Shown here piece by piece: positions 1 to 11,368 of a stretch of DNA of 64,000 bases; the stretch's first letter is position 1; each line of letters begins with the position of its first letter. The notes below the pieces were generated by a model. That model made no database searches and was not told the DNA's origin. It saw nothing but the letters and a program-made list of their open reading frames with translations. The DNA is from Antedon mediterranea (taxonomy: Eukaryota > Animalia > Echinodermata): positions 29,199,648 to 29,263,647 of the forward strand of contig NC_092673.1 of NCBI RefSeq assembly GCF_964355755.1, written 5' to 3'. The translations under genes were made by a program, and so were the position numbers.

Positions 1-1604
1 CATCACAGAATGAACAGCAATGTACCATTGGTGACTTATCACCGTATACAACTTACAATATTAGTATATCGAGTCGTTTTAAACTGTTCATATATGATGA
101 AGAGGCCAAGTGGAGTAAACAAACTATAAACCAAGTCACCACAGCGGGTTCTATTACTAATAAGGCTACTACTGCCCCGCCCCCAACGACAATAGCAGGT
201 AGGTATAAAGATCAGCTTCTCTGCTACGAATTGCTGAATATTTAATGCAATTTCTATAAATTCTATCATTCTTATTAATATTAATGATGTCAATCTCTCT
301 TAAAGTATTGTCCTCCAAAAACATGAACAATTAAAATTAATAAAATCAGACTTTAAATAGGTCATTTTGCAGTTTTAATGAAGTTATTCACTTCCGGAAA
401 AAAAAGAAATTATTATTTAACTTATAAAAATACAAAGGAAACGGTTAATTTTAACCAATATTTTGCTTTAAATTACATTTTTTCAGGTAAATCATTTTTT
501 ATCGATCCAGTTTTTGGTCAAAGTGATTAACTATTATGAAACATTAAGATGACATACAACAAAAAATTAGGGCAAAATTATCTTAAACTGTGTCAAGAGT
601 ATCTCTACCTTATTATCGCATGTGACGTCATAAAAGTACCTTAGTGATGCACTGTGGACGTAAAAAATAAAATACTGATTTCTTTTTAGAAGCTCCACCA
701 CAGTGGCTATATGTTTCGTTCACGTTAGCTACTACAGTAGTCGTTATTTTCGTGGCAATAGTGTTTGTCATTGGCATTACGCGGCATTGTACACTTTTGG
801 ATATGAAGAACAGCGCAGATATTCAATCAAGTCTGCTGAAATGGAAACATTTGGTAAGAATAATGAACAATTGATATTTATGTTGTGTGTGATGACAGAC
901 ACGTAATGAAGACCCCAATGAGGCGGTGGGTGAGTCATTTCATGGTGATGATGATAACAATGTTGATGTATGTAGGTCTATAAAGTATACTGTATCATAT
1001 TTTGCAGAAATACTCACCGAAAATCCCTGAAAAGGAGCAGTATACGGAATTACGTCCTCAAGAAGAGAAAACTGAGAAGATGTCAGCCCCTGACGACAAC
1101 AATAACGCCAGCACCACGTCGTCACTACGTCCGTCTGCTGCGGACAACTACGCTAGCACCACGACGTCATTACGTTCATCTACTGTGGGCAACTACGCCA
1201 GCAACACGACGTCAGTACGTCCGTCTGCCGCTAACAACTACGCCAGCAACACGACGTCACTGCGTTCGTCTGCTGTGGACTCGTATCAACAAATGCAATA
1301 TACCATAGCCTTTGATTTTCCGATTTGTTCCGAAAACCATGACAAATCCGACCCAAATCCTCCACTTGGTACGTACGTTAAGATTAATTTTGACGATAGT
1401 GGCCCTCCACCTGAATGTGTCCGGCATCCCATCATTGACGTCATAACGCTAGATTCATTAGAAATAGAAGAGGATATTTTAAATGACGTCAGCATAGAGT
1501 TTTACCCATCAGACAGTTACAATACTAAAATAAACGAAGAAAACATAATAAAATGCGGGTATGTTCCAATTTCGAAAACAAGAGAGGATTCAATACAGAC
1601 TTAA
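1..1604 (+). CDS. Class I cytokine receptor-like gene R1 (5'-partial): FN3 half-domain, Thr/Pro stalk, TM, Tyr-rich tail
   Basis: Exons <1-198 (..IGDLSPYTTYNISISSRFKLFIYDEEAKWSKQTINQVTT..TTAPPPTTIA), 690-853 (TM WLYVSFTLATTVVVIFVAIVFVIGIT) and 1008-1604 (KYSPKIPEKEQYTEL..GYVPI..stop). GT/AG sites are canonical, phases 1 and 0. The first exon aligns with the WSXWS exon of R2 and R3, but the motif is degenerate (AKWS). Confidence 0.75.
1101..1280 (+). repeat. Coding tandem repeat, 4 x 45 bp (15 aa, N[YN]AS[TN]T[TS]S[LV]R[SP]S...)
   Basis: Units at 1101, 1146, 1191 and 1236, in frame in the R1 cytoplasmic exon. Confidence 0.9.
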
Positions 1605-2848
1605 ATGTGAAAGAATCCTGGTCAGCTATTGGTAACGCAAGTAATTTGACCAATCACAACAGTTCGTTCATAGCTTTGCGTTGCGTCTTACGTAACTATT
1701 GACTACAGCATGGTAACCAAGCAATAACTATATTACTAACTTTCAACAGTACGCTTATATTAACATTCTAACCACATAATGTTTCCATATTTAGGCCTAT
1801 TGTATTAGAAAGTAATAATAATAATAGTTTAATACTAATATTTATTCTTAAACATAATATATTTTTTTAAAACTTTTTTCCGATCTTTACGATTTTGATG
1901 ATAACGATTATTAATGATGATGCTGATGCATGATGATGATTATGATGAAAACAATGATAAATTAATGGTCTTGATATCTTTAATAAAATGTCAAAATATT
2001 GAATACCAAATGTTTGTATATTATTTCTTGACATGCAGCAGCACAATGACGTTACCGTATACTTACTCGAATGTTTGAGTATGACCAAGATGTTTGTGAG
2101 CATGCGCATAATTATGGTGATCCTGATGGATGTGTTGATGGGCATCATGTCCAGATACCACCACTAACGCTCTGAAATCGAACTCTCTATTAATATTATT
2201 GATCTGATAGAGCGAACCAGATGTAATTCGCTATTGTTGCATGAAAGAACAATAACATTAAACCGACGCTACAACCCAGCATTGATTATTTTTACATTTT
2301 ACAGCTACTGCGAGAAAACTCACTCGAAATAATAACATGCAGCCTTGTAAACAAGGAACTGCAAGTCAAGATGTGTGTGCACTTGTTGGTTGAGACCAGA
2401 CGACAATATACATTTTGTTTGAAAAGAGGACACGCAGGCAGTTTATTTTCGTAAAGATTAAGCCAAGGAAACACGCATTTTTTTGTGGTAAATTAATAGT
2501 TTAAATTTCAGGCTTGTTTGTATATTCAACTGTATTTATATTGATTTCCGTAGAGATTTAGGGATGGGTATGTTTTTGCAAGCTGTAAACAGTGCGAAAC
2601 ACGATATTGAAAAGAACTCGTTTCATTATCGTATTCATAAAAGGTTGTAGAACCCCATAGTATCATAGAGGATATTCTTTTTTAAACAGTAGGCGTACAT
2701 TGTTATTATGATATGCTTTGTTAATCCAAGTATCATATATGTTTTCAATACGTTTAATTTTGACAGAGTAGAAAACAATTGTGGCGTTAATTTCCAGTGG
2801 TTCTACAAGAAGGCCTACTGAGTGTTTAATATCTTCATCGTTTCAGCA

Positions 2849-5800
2849 ATGAAACTTCACAAATGGATAATTCTTCTAATATTTGGTGTTGTTAACTCAA
2901 GTTTTCGTAAGTTGCAAAAGAATGCCGTTTTAGAATATAGGCCTATGTCTACTATCAAGGAAATTATTTATGTAATAGGCCTAATTATTAAATTTCAGCA
3001 CCTGCAATAAGAGACCTGAAATGTGTCAGCACTAATGTAGAAGACTACAGTTGCTCCTGGACAATTGGACCTAATGACAATATAACTTATTACACTGTCA
3101 CGTTTGATGATCGGTAAGTGCCGCAAAGAAAATTTACTTACTTACTTTCTTAGTCCGGGACATACGCGAACTTATGACTAGATTCTTCCATAACTTCCTA
3201 TGTGCCATTATGACAGCCAGTTCATCTCTCTGTATACCAATATCCGCCTCTAGTACATCAATGTATTGAGTGCTGGTCTTCCTTGTTTTGCAAGCCCATG
3301 TTTTGGCTGCCACATCAGAACATCTCTCCTGCAATGATTTCTTCTTTACTGCGAAGACAGTGTCCAGCAAATGTCAGTTTTCTTCTTATTCATTTGATTG
3401 CCCCAAAATATCCAAAACTTAGGTTTTACATGCATATATTTTTTTAGATATCAATCAGAAATTGAAGTCTGTCCTGCTAAGAAAAAATTGGTTCAAAACG
3501 GTCAGAAACTAACATGTAGGTTTCATAAAGACACACATGGTTCGGTACTTTCCCAAGAAATTAAAGTTTGTGGTACGAAAAGTCAAACAACAAGCAGCGT
3601 CAAGTTTTATCCCCGGGAAGATGGTAAGAACAACGTTTAAAAGAATACATATTTAATTATGAGGCTTAGCCCTAAGCTAGGTCCCCACTATTATAGGACC
3701 CAAGGACGTAAGAGCAACGCAATTTGACCAATCACGACGCAGTGGATCATCATCTAAACTGTCTCTATTGATTGGTCAACTCACTTGCGTTGTGCTTACG
3801 TCTTCGCGTTGCGTCGTAATGGGAACACGCTTTATATAGGCTACGGCGATACAAATACTGTACACGTAAATGAAATGTCTAAACAAAATAACCGAAACTG
3901 TTGATTATTTACTGTAACAATCAATTACAGCCAGAGCAAACCCACCTACTAACATCCAGTTTCCAAGCAATACATCAACAACTATTGAAGTCATTTGGAA
4001 AAAGCCACAAGATGTTAACAGCTATGCGCATATGCTCATGTACCAACTTGAATATCGAAAACACAATCAGGTAAATAATAATTTGTTATTTGCTCATGCG
4101 AAAAGAAACATTTGACTTGCGCGTTTAAATTCTGATAATATTGGTGTGGTTTTGTACTGCACGTTTTATGTACGCACACCTTGTATACGCGCACGTTTTA
4201 TGTACACGCACGTTTTATGTACGCGCGCGTACTAATTATCTTTGAAATCCTTGAATAATGTTACTACTGTTTTATCATCCGTCCACAAAAGCCTAGCAGT
4301 CTATTGGAGACCGATGAGAATTCAATTACGCTTACAGCATTGGATGAATATACTGTTTATGAAATTCGACTAGCAAGCAGAATTGAGCGCACAGAATGGG
4401 GGTCGTGGTCTCCAGTCCACCAAGTCGCAACACTCCCTGGTGGTAAGTCCTCAATTTGATTTCGTTGTAACACCTTGTTATTTTGTCTGAAGTAGGCTAA
4501 AATAACATTTTTAGCTTTCTATAATGAGCTTCTGAGCTGTGTAACTCGGAATTTGATTCACTGACAATGATTTTGAATGAAGTTTAGGCATTATGATCAT
4601 AAAATAAATCAATTATTTCAATTCCAGTACCAGGTATTGTGAGCAATATGTCGGCGATGTTCATTCCTGAATCAAACACCCTAGCTCTAGAATGGAGGAC
4701 TCCATCTGAAACCAACGGACCAATAGACTATTACGAAGTTCGCAACCGGTATCGCCGACAGGAGTGGTCAACGAAAACTACAACTGGCACTGCGATAGAC
4801 ATTTTTGTAGATTGTACTAACCGAACGGATGGTGGTATTCTGACGACCACCGTGGCTGCTGTCAATAAAGTTGGAGATATCATTCTGAAAGGAGAGTGGG
4901 CTCAAAGAGACTTTCCTGTCTGTGGAATTGATTACGTCACAATGCGTAAGTTATTAGAGGCATGATGGAGGTACCTGTATTTGGAAAAAAAAATGTTGGC
5001 CTTTTACAGATCTTTCCTATTCAACGAAAAAACTCTAAAAATAAACAAATGGATGATGAACGATATAATAATGATAATGATAGTCACAAATTTTACTTTT
5101 TCGGCCATACAGGTGTCTTATTTTTAGCCACGCCAATGTGTTTTATTTTCGGCCATATAGAGATCTTACTTTCGGCCATGGTCTTTTCGGCCATATGCTA
5201 CATACGTCCTATTTTCGGCCATCTAGGCCTACATAGGTCTTATTTTCGGCCACAAGCCATACAGGTCTTATTTTCGTCCATCAAACTCAGGGGTCTTATT
5301 GTTGACCATACAAAGATCTTACTTTTGGCCATAAGCCTACAGAGGTATTTATTTCTAAAAACTGTTTCCACTCTGCAATTACTGTAAAAAAACAATTATT
5401 ATGCTCCTATAATTTTAATTACAGTACCAACTCCGATAGCCAATGGTAATAATGTTGTCATCATAACACTGACAGTGATCATTGTCATAAGCCTTGTAGT
5501 TTTATTGTTGATCCTCGCCTGGTGTCTTATCAAAAGGAACAGTAAACTGGACTTAAGTGGTTCACCAAATATAAATAGGCGATACAAATTCGAAGAGGTG
5601 AGCTCTATTTTATCCAATTACAAACTTTCATCCTAACACAATATGTACGCGCAACACAATGATGTACGCGCAACACAATGATGTACGCGCAATGCAAATG
5701 CTTTGAATAATAATCACAAGCATAATAACTATGATTTGTACTAATTTATATCAAATATTTACTCTAGTGTCCGCCGACTGCACTGGAGGAAGAAAAGTTT

Positions 5801-6325
5801 GATGAACTCAACGTATATAACACAAGTTTAGACAAACTCAGTTTTTCAGAAAATGCAAGCAACAGTACCGATGACGATGACCTGTACACCCGAATTGGGG
5901 TTGCTTGTCATGCAAAGCTAGCAGTCACTTACTCGAAAATAGCCGGACCAAACTCAATCAATGATACCCAACACTCACCTTCGCCGGCTCAAGAAGAGGG
6001 CATAGAACAAAATGCCAAACCACTTCCACCCCTCCCAAATGAGGGGTACGTGCTTGGGCCTGATCCGCGATGTTTACCTCAAAACGTCACAAATGAAGAA
6101 GTGTACACCCCATTAGACTTCAAAATAGGATATAACACTAAGGGAAAGGGTAATAATAACGAAATAGCAACTGATAGCTATTTGCCGCATAACGCTATTG
6201 GACATCTTGTGCCGCCGCCGCCTCCGCCGGAGGAGGAGGGGTCCGATCAACGAAAGAGTGATCAACAGCCTAAAAACGGCACGGCATATGTTCCTCATAA
6301 CATGAACATTATTTTGAACGTTTAA
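2849..6325 (+). CDS. Class I cytokine receptor R2: signal peptide, cytokine-receptor homology domain (4 conserved Cys, WGSWS), one extra FN3, TM, signalling tail
   Basis: Exons 2849-2906 (MKLHKWIILLIFGVVNSSF), 2999-3113 (CVSTNVEDYSCSW = C-x9-C-x-W), 3448-3623 (C3/C4), 3931-4070 (PPTNI..EVIWKKP..YQLEYR), ~4292-4442 (LDEYTVYEIRLASR..EWGSWS; WGSWS at 4397-4411), 4628-4945 (FN3, EWRTPSETNGPIDYY), 5425-5597 (TM) and 5768-6325 (tail). The frame stays open across all junctions; the 4292 acceptor is the least certain. Confidence 0.88.
3134..3375 (-). mobile_element. 5'-truncated RTE-clade LINE remnant (ORF C-terminus plus (AAGT)n tail)
   Basis: The minus-strand peptide YIDVLEADIGIQRDELAVIMAHRKLWKNLV resembles the RTE C-terminal pattern and is followed by AAGTAAGTAAGTAA. 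It lies in intron 2 of R2. Confidence 0.65.
3674..3832. mobile_element. MITE family B (TIR ~AAGCT[AT]GGTTCCCACT, internal GACCAATCA...TGATTGGTC), PIF/Harbinger-like
   Basis: Imperfect palindrome of about 150 bp. Related copies at ~1630-1720, 8491-8634, 10828-10990, 11421-11517, 13699-13850, 14614-14772, 28355-28422, 55119-55234 and 61639-61772. Superfamily inferred from TIR shape and TAA/TTA flanks. Confidence 0.75.
5095..5345. repeat. Degenerate tandem repeat (core CTTATTTTCGGCCATAC)
   Basis: The core recurs about 9 times in the R2 intron between the FN3 and TM exons. Confidence 0.7.
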
Positions 6326-7162
6326 TATTGGTATTTTAATAGCGTAGTTTTTTTTTTAATTATTGTGTTAGGCTTACGCATTTTGTGGGAATACAATTCG
6401 TAATACCAGTCTGGTATTTGTGTGATGTTATCTATCTTCTATGTAGGCACTCGTGGTGGAGTATAAAAGCTATATATCTTTTTAAAGTAGTACCTTAGTT
6501 ATGTGTTGTAGTATTTAAATTTATGAATAGTTGTTAAGGGAGAAAACCCCAATAAACTGAAAAAAAAAAACATGATATGAATATAGTGTCTTATTTTTAT
6601 GTTCTTTATATAAATTAGAAATATCTACAAAATATAGTAATAAAATACAACGTTAATTAAATTATTATAAACACATAGGTCTATTGTCTTATAATTAAGT
6701 TCTTTTGAATAATAACAAATATCTAAAAAATATATTAATAAAATACAAAGTTAATTAAATCATATAAACACTGCCATCAATGTGAATTATAATGTTCTGT
6801 AATTTTACAAAACAAGCACAAATTATGCTTTATTCCTTATAAATTAACAAACGTAAATTATAAGACGAGGGTAATCAATATCAAGCGTGCCCACTGAACC
6901 GTGTCAACAAATACTAAATAAGGAGCGATCGATACGCACGTTGGTTGAATGAGCATAGCTATTATTTCCCTTCATACTTGATTATGTCTCGGATATGGTG
7001 GTTTTAGTTAATATATATCAAAATGCGAACAGCCAGGAGCATTTTCATCGATTACCAACTTGCGTTTGGCGATGTCCATTGCTGTCTTTCATCGCAGTCT
7101 ACTACCATGGGCATACCACCATATTACTAATAATACTAAGCTTTTTGTTTACATAATTTACA

Positions 7163-10100
7163 ATGTTCAGAGGTGACGTGTTCGTTTGTTTCATGTTTTC
7201 ATTTCTGACAAATGTCCTCTCAAACAGTAAGTAGACCAATTTCTTAGATCTAAACCATAGCACCTGTACTAAAATCATTCTCATGAATGTGCACAATTGT
7301 CTTAAACGCATTAGGCTTATATATCCAATTATTCTCTGAGAAAAAGTCTTGAAATCCAGGAAGTTGACATATTTTCTCAGAAACACATAATGTACATCAA
7401 AATGTTTGTATAATTTATTTTATCTTGGTCTAAGGTGAAGTAAAATCAACTAGACTTATCAGAAACGTGTATAGTGCACGCACACGCGCGTATACAAACA
7501 GCGTAGGCCTACTATTATAATAAAGTACCAGCTACAATATCATCAGTTGTACGCGTGCGTCAATTGTATGCCTCTTTGTGACATCACTTCTGTCGGTATG
7601 TTTATTATCTTCAGAGCCTGAAATCCGTCAGTTGGGCTGTTCGTCAACAACCATTCAGAAGTACGACTGTTCCTGGGAAGTTGGTATCAACTATCAAACA
7701 CATTATGACGTCATCCAAACAATCCCGTATTTATAAAGATGTTTAAATTAATCAATGATCTGATGATGAAAATGAGAGAGATAAAGTTGATGATAACAAT
7801 GATTGTCGATTACGAACGTTGAATATGATAATGAATATACGATTAAAAGCAAAAACGGAATATGAAATTATGATGACACGAAAGAAATGAAGATGACGAC
7901 ACGAAAAAAGATGATGATGATGACGACACACAAAAGAGATGATGATGACGACGACATGACATAGATGATGATAACGACACCGAAAGTGATGATGATAATG
8001 ATAACGACACGAAAGTGATGATGACGCCACGAAAGTAATGACGAAGGCGGTGACGATGATGATGATATGATAATGATGATAATGATATTGTTCCCTTTAT
8101 AAATACTTCTCAATACTTCTCAATTTGATTATTTAAATTTGTATTTTCTTTATTTCCAATGGCTTGTGAAGACTTCACTTACCTAACAAAATTCCGGAAA
8201 GCAATATTATAATTGATAACGGATTGAGACTGTTGGTGAAATTCCGCAACAAAGACTATGGTAACATTGGTAGGCAAACCATCACCTTGAACGCTACCAA
8301 CCGGTATGGTTCAACCTCCGACTCAGTTGAATATTATCCCAAAGAGCAAGGTAATGTACGGAGGTATAGGGGTGACTTGTTATATATTGAGGTGGACATT
8401 AAATATATCACCTTATGTTTAATAAGTTCAAGTTTGAAATTCGGATGGAACTTTCTATATTAATATGTAATTCTTCTCTTCCTTCTCATGTCACTAGGGC
8501 GCAACGAAAGGACGTAAGCGCAAGCGCAAGTGAGTTTACCAATCAAACGATAGATTATACAAACTGTCGCTTGTCATTGGTCAACTCGCTTGCGTTACGT
8601 TTACGTCCTGGCGTTGCGTCCTAGTGAGAACCAGCAAAGGCTGGGGAATACTAAATTATATAATTTAATGCTGATGGGAGCCCCTTAAAATGCAATTTAT
8701 ATATTAAATCTTTATTTTATTCGTAGCAATCCCGCTGCCTCCTGTAGGGCTACAGGTGAAGAGTAAATATCATGATTATATTGAAATGTCATGGGAGAAG
8801 CCGAAAGGTGTTATACTTTATAAACACATGTTACTCTACAGACTGCAGTATAAAGAACCAACAGCAGGGGAATGGAGACAGGTAATGATTGTACTTTCTT
8901 TTGGGGGAAGGAGGTTAAAAATAACTAGGAAGGATATCAAGTGAAGAGGGGGGGGGGGGAGGGGTATCTCTATTGAGGACCAAACCATTAGACTCGCCCT
9001 GTCTGTCTGTCTGTAGTTACTTTTTTGTGTTATTAGTCCACCAATCGGCTTTTCGATTTTTGTCTGAAAATTAAGTTTAAGCTCAAGTAGTATACGTATG
9101 AAACGCCATATGTGCCAAAATATTTATCTTTTTACTAATATTAAGTCAAAACTCTGTCTAGTTTAACCTAGACTACCAAAACATATGTGGTTATTTGTAC
9201 ATGCGCGCATTGTTGTTTACACTTCCAGATACGTGGTCTAAAGAAAAAGAACTTTAAACTAAGCGATGTGGAACCTTTCACTGAATATGAAATTCAAGTG
9301 AGTTCAAAATTCGACAGTTACGAGAACCAATCAGCGGGCTGGAGTGAATGGTCAACAAAAATATTAACAACTACAGATATGACAGGTAAAATGTTTCTTA
9401 AAAAATCCAATAAAAAATCAACTACATCCGACAACCAATCACCAAACATTTTTTTCTTTGATTTCATTTATCATGAAAACGTTTCAAAATGAAGTGAAAA
9501 GATTAGTTTTTTTAAATTAGTTTACTACTTTTACTAGAGCCTGGGCCATCAAAAACTCTCCGAATGACAACAACCTCCTACACAAATATCACATCTATTC
9601 ACGTAACCTGGTTACCTCCAACCACGCGTAATGGACCAATCAGCAAGTACTACGTACGTTACAAGTTCCCGGGATTAAGTTGGAGTTCAAGATTGCCTGC
9701 CAGCGCAACGTGGTTCGATCTAGAAGCCAGATGTAGGCCTACCACCACAGGACAGTACTTGGTGAAAGTTGGAATCGCAGCGGTAAACGTAGCACTCGAT
9801 GGGACCGAGTATATTGGATTGGAAGCATTTGTCAAAAGCTATGTATGTAGTGCTACAAATACTGACAATGGCGATGACAGTAAGTAAGAAATTGTTTTTC
9901 TACCATACTGTTACAACTTTGTTAATGGAGGTACACACCTAATTGGTGACAGTGGCTTAGGCTTTTGTGCTTTCCTGGCAGCTAGTGACTATGTTTTATA
10001 TTCTCTTTTGCGTTGTGTTTGTTTAATTTGTTGATTTGTATTATATTTTGTAAAACGTATCTTTTGCCTGAATGAATAATAATAATAATAATAGCATCTT

Positions 10101-11368
10101 ACCAGAGGAACACACTATAACATACACATTGCACACACTGGAGTTACTAACTGACCTAGCCTACGTGTGTAAATGTTCTCAAATGCATTATTTATACATA
10201 TTGATTTTTATACCCTATATACTTCACTCCCTCCATTTACCATATAAATATAAAATTGTCATTACTCTAGGTTCCAATGCAAATCAAGAAGACGATGAGT
10301 CTGCGCACAAGGGAATTCACACGGCGACCGTTTTAATAGTGGTACTGTGTATGATTGCTCTGTCTTTCTTATTTATTTGCATTGTGGTCATATTTTATAA
10401 ACGGTCTCAAATTAATGCCAATCCTAAAATCGAATGGCGATTTATGCATTTGGTAAGTAGAAACGTTGTACGTTATCATCAAATTGTACGTTACGGTATA
10501 TTACGCGTTATTTCAATTCAATTCAATCTTATCTTTTATTTCGGAATCTCTGGTCCATAGAAAGTAAAATTTAAAATAAACAAGACTGTACTAATTACTA
10601 CTACTCATCTCAGGATGGCATTCCACCTGACTTCACTTCTGACCTATAGGGCTTGTTAAAACAGGCTTAGTTATTTACACGGGTAAATTTGTTTAAATGG
10701 CACAGTTATCGCTAATTTGGTAGATAGAGGTCATCCGAGCTACCCTGGTAGTTCGGGTGCTAACTAAGCCTGGAGCTTAACTCACTGCTGTTCCTACTCC
10801 ACACCTTTAGTTAAAAATCAGACTCTCTACGCTTTGTTCACTCGCGGAAGCAACGCAAAAATGACTTTGGATGACATGTCGTGTGATTGGTCAATGGTGG
10901 GCTTACGTCATCCTTGCGTTGCGTCCAAGATAACCCATCGCTTGTTATTTTGCGTTTCGCTTGGTCGTTGCGTTGCGCAATGTCTTCTTAAAAAACAAAA
11001 TACGGAGAATAAGTGATAGTTTAGTAGTCGTATTTACAAATTATAATAAAAAAAAACCTATTACATTGTTTTCATAGGACGGGCCAAGTCCGCAGCAAAC
11101 CGACATTGAAATATTTGATGAATTACCGAGACGACGACTAAGCGATCTCATGGACACGCGCCTAAACGATTTGAGTTTACCGCACTCTTCTTCGGGGATA
11201 GGAACAAGTGAATGCATCAGCGCTTTAAATGAAGACTTTGATGAAGAAAAACACTCAGAAAGTAGCTACGACGATCATGAAGAGCAGCCACATAAAGAGT
11301 CCAACAAAAAGAAAGATGAATGGCCGGTTGCTGAAGATTTTAGTTACGTTACGACGAGTGGATTTTAA
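7163..11368 (+). CDS. Class I cytokine receptor R3: signal peptide, CHD (WSEWS), one extra FN3, TM, short acidic tail
   Basis: Exons 7163-7226 (MFRGDVFVCFMFSFLTNVLSN), 7615-7726 (CSSTTIQKYDCSW), 8172-8350, 8727-8881, 9229-9385 (GWSEWS; WSEWS at 9340-9354), 9538-9879 (FN3, VTWLPPTTRNGPISKYYV), 10271-10452 (TM) and 11078-11368. The exon layout matches R2. Intron 7727-8171 has weak splice sites (GTATTT donor, GAAG acceptor). Confidence 0.85.
7755..8090. repeat. Degenerate (GAT/GAC)n low-complexity tract
   Basis: Runs of gatgatgat with repeated gacacgaaag units. This explains the spurious His/Ile-rich minus-strand ORFs. Confidence 0.8.

Noticed and set aside
6995-7156. Apparent R3 leader (MVVLVN..ILLIILSFLFT*) with a premature stop, suggesting a pseudogene
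   Set aside because: An in-frame ATG at 7163 gives a plausible signal peptide ending at a strong phase-1 donor (7226|GTAAGT). The upstream frame is at most a uORF.
7752-8113. His/Ile-rich minus-strand ORFs
   Set aside because: They are translations of a (GAT)n low-complexity intron tract.
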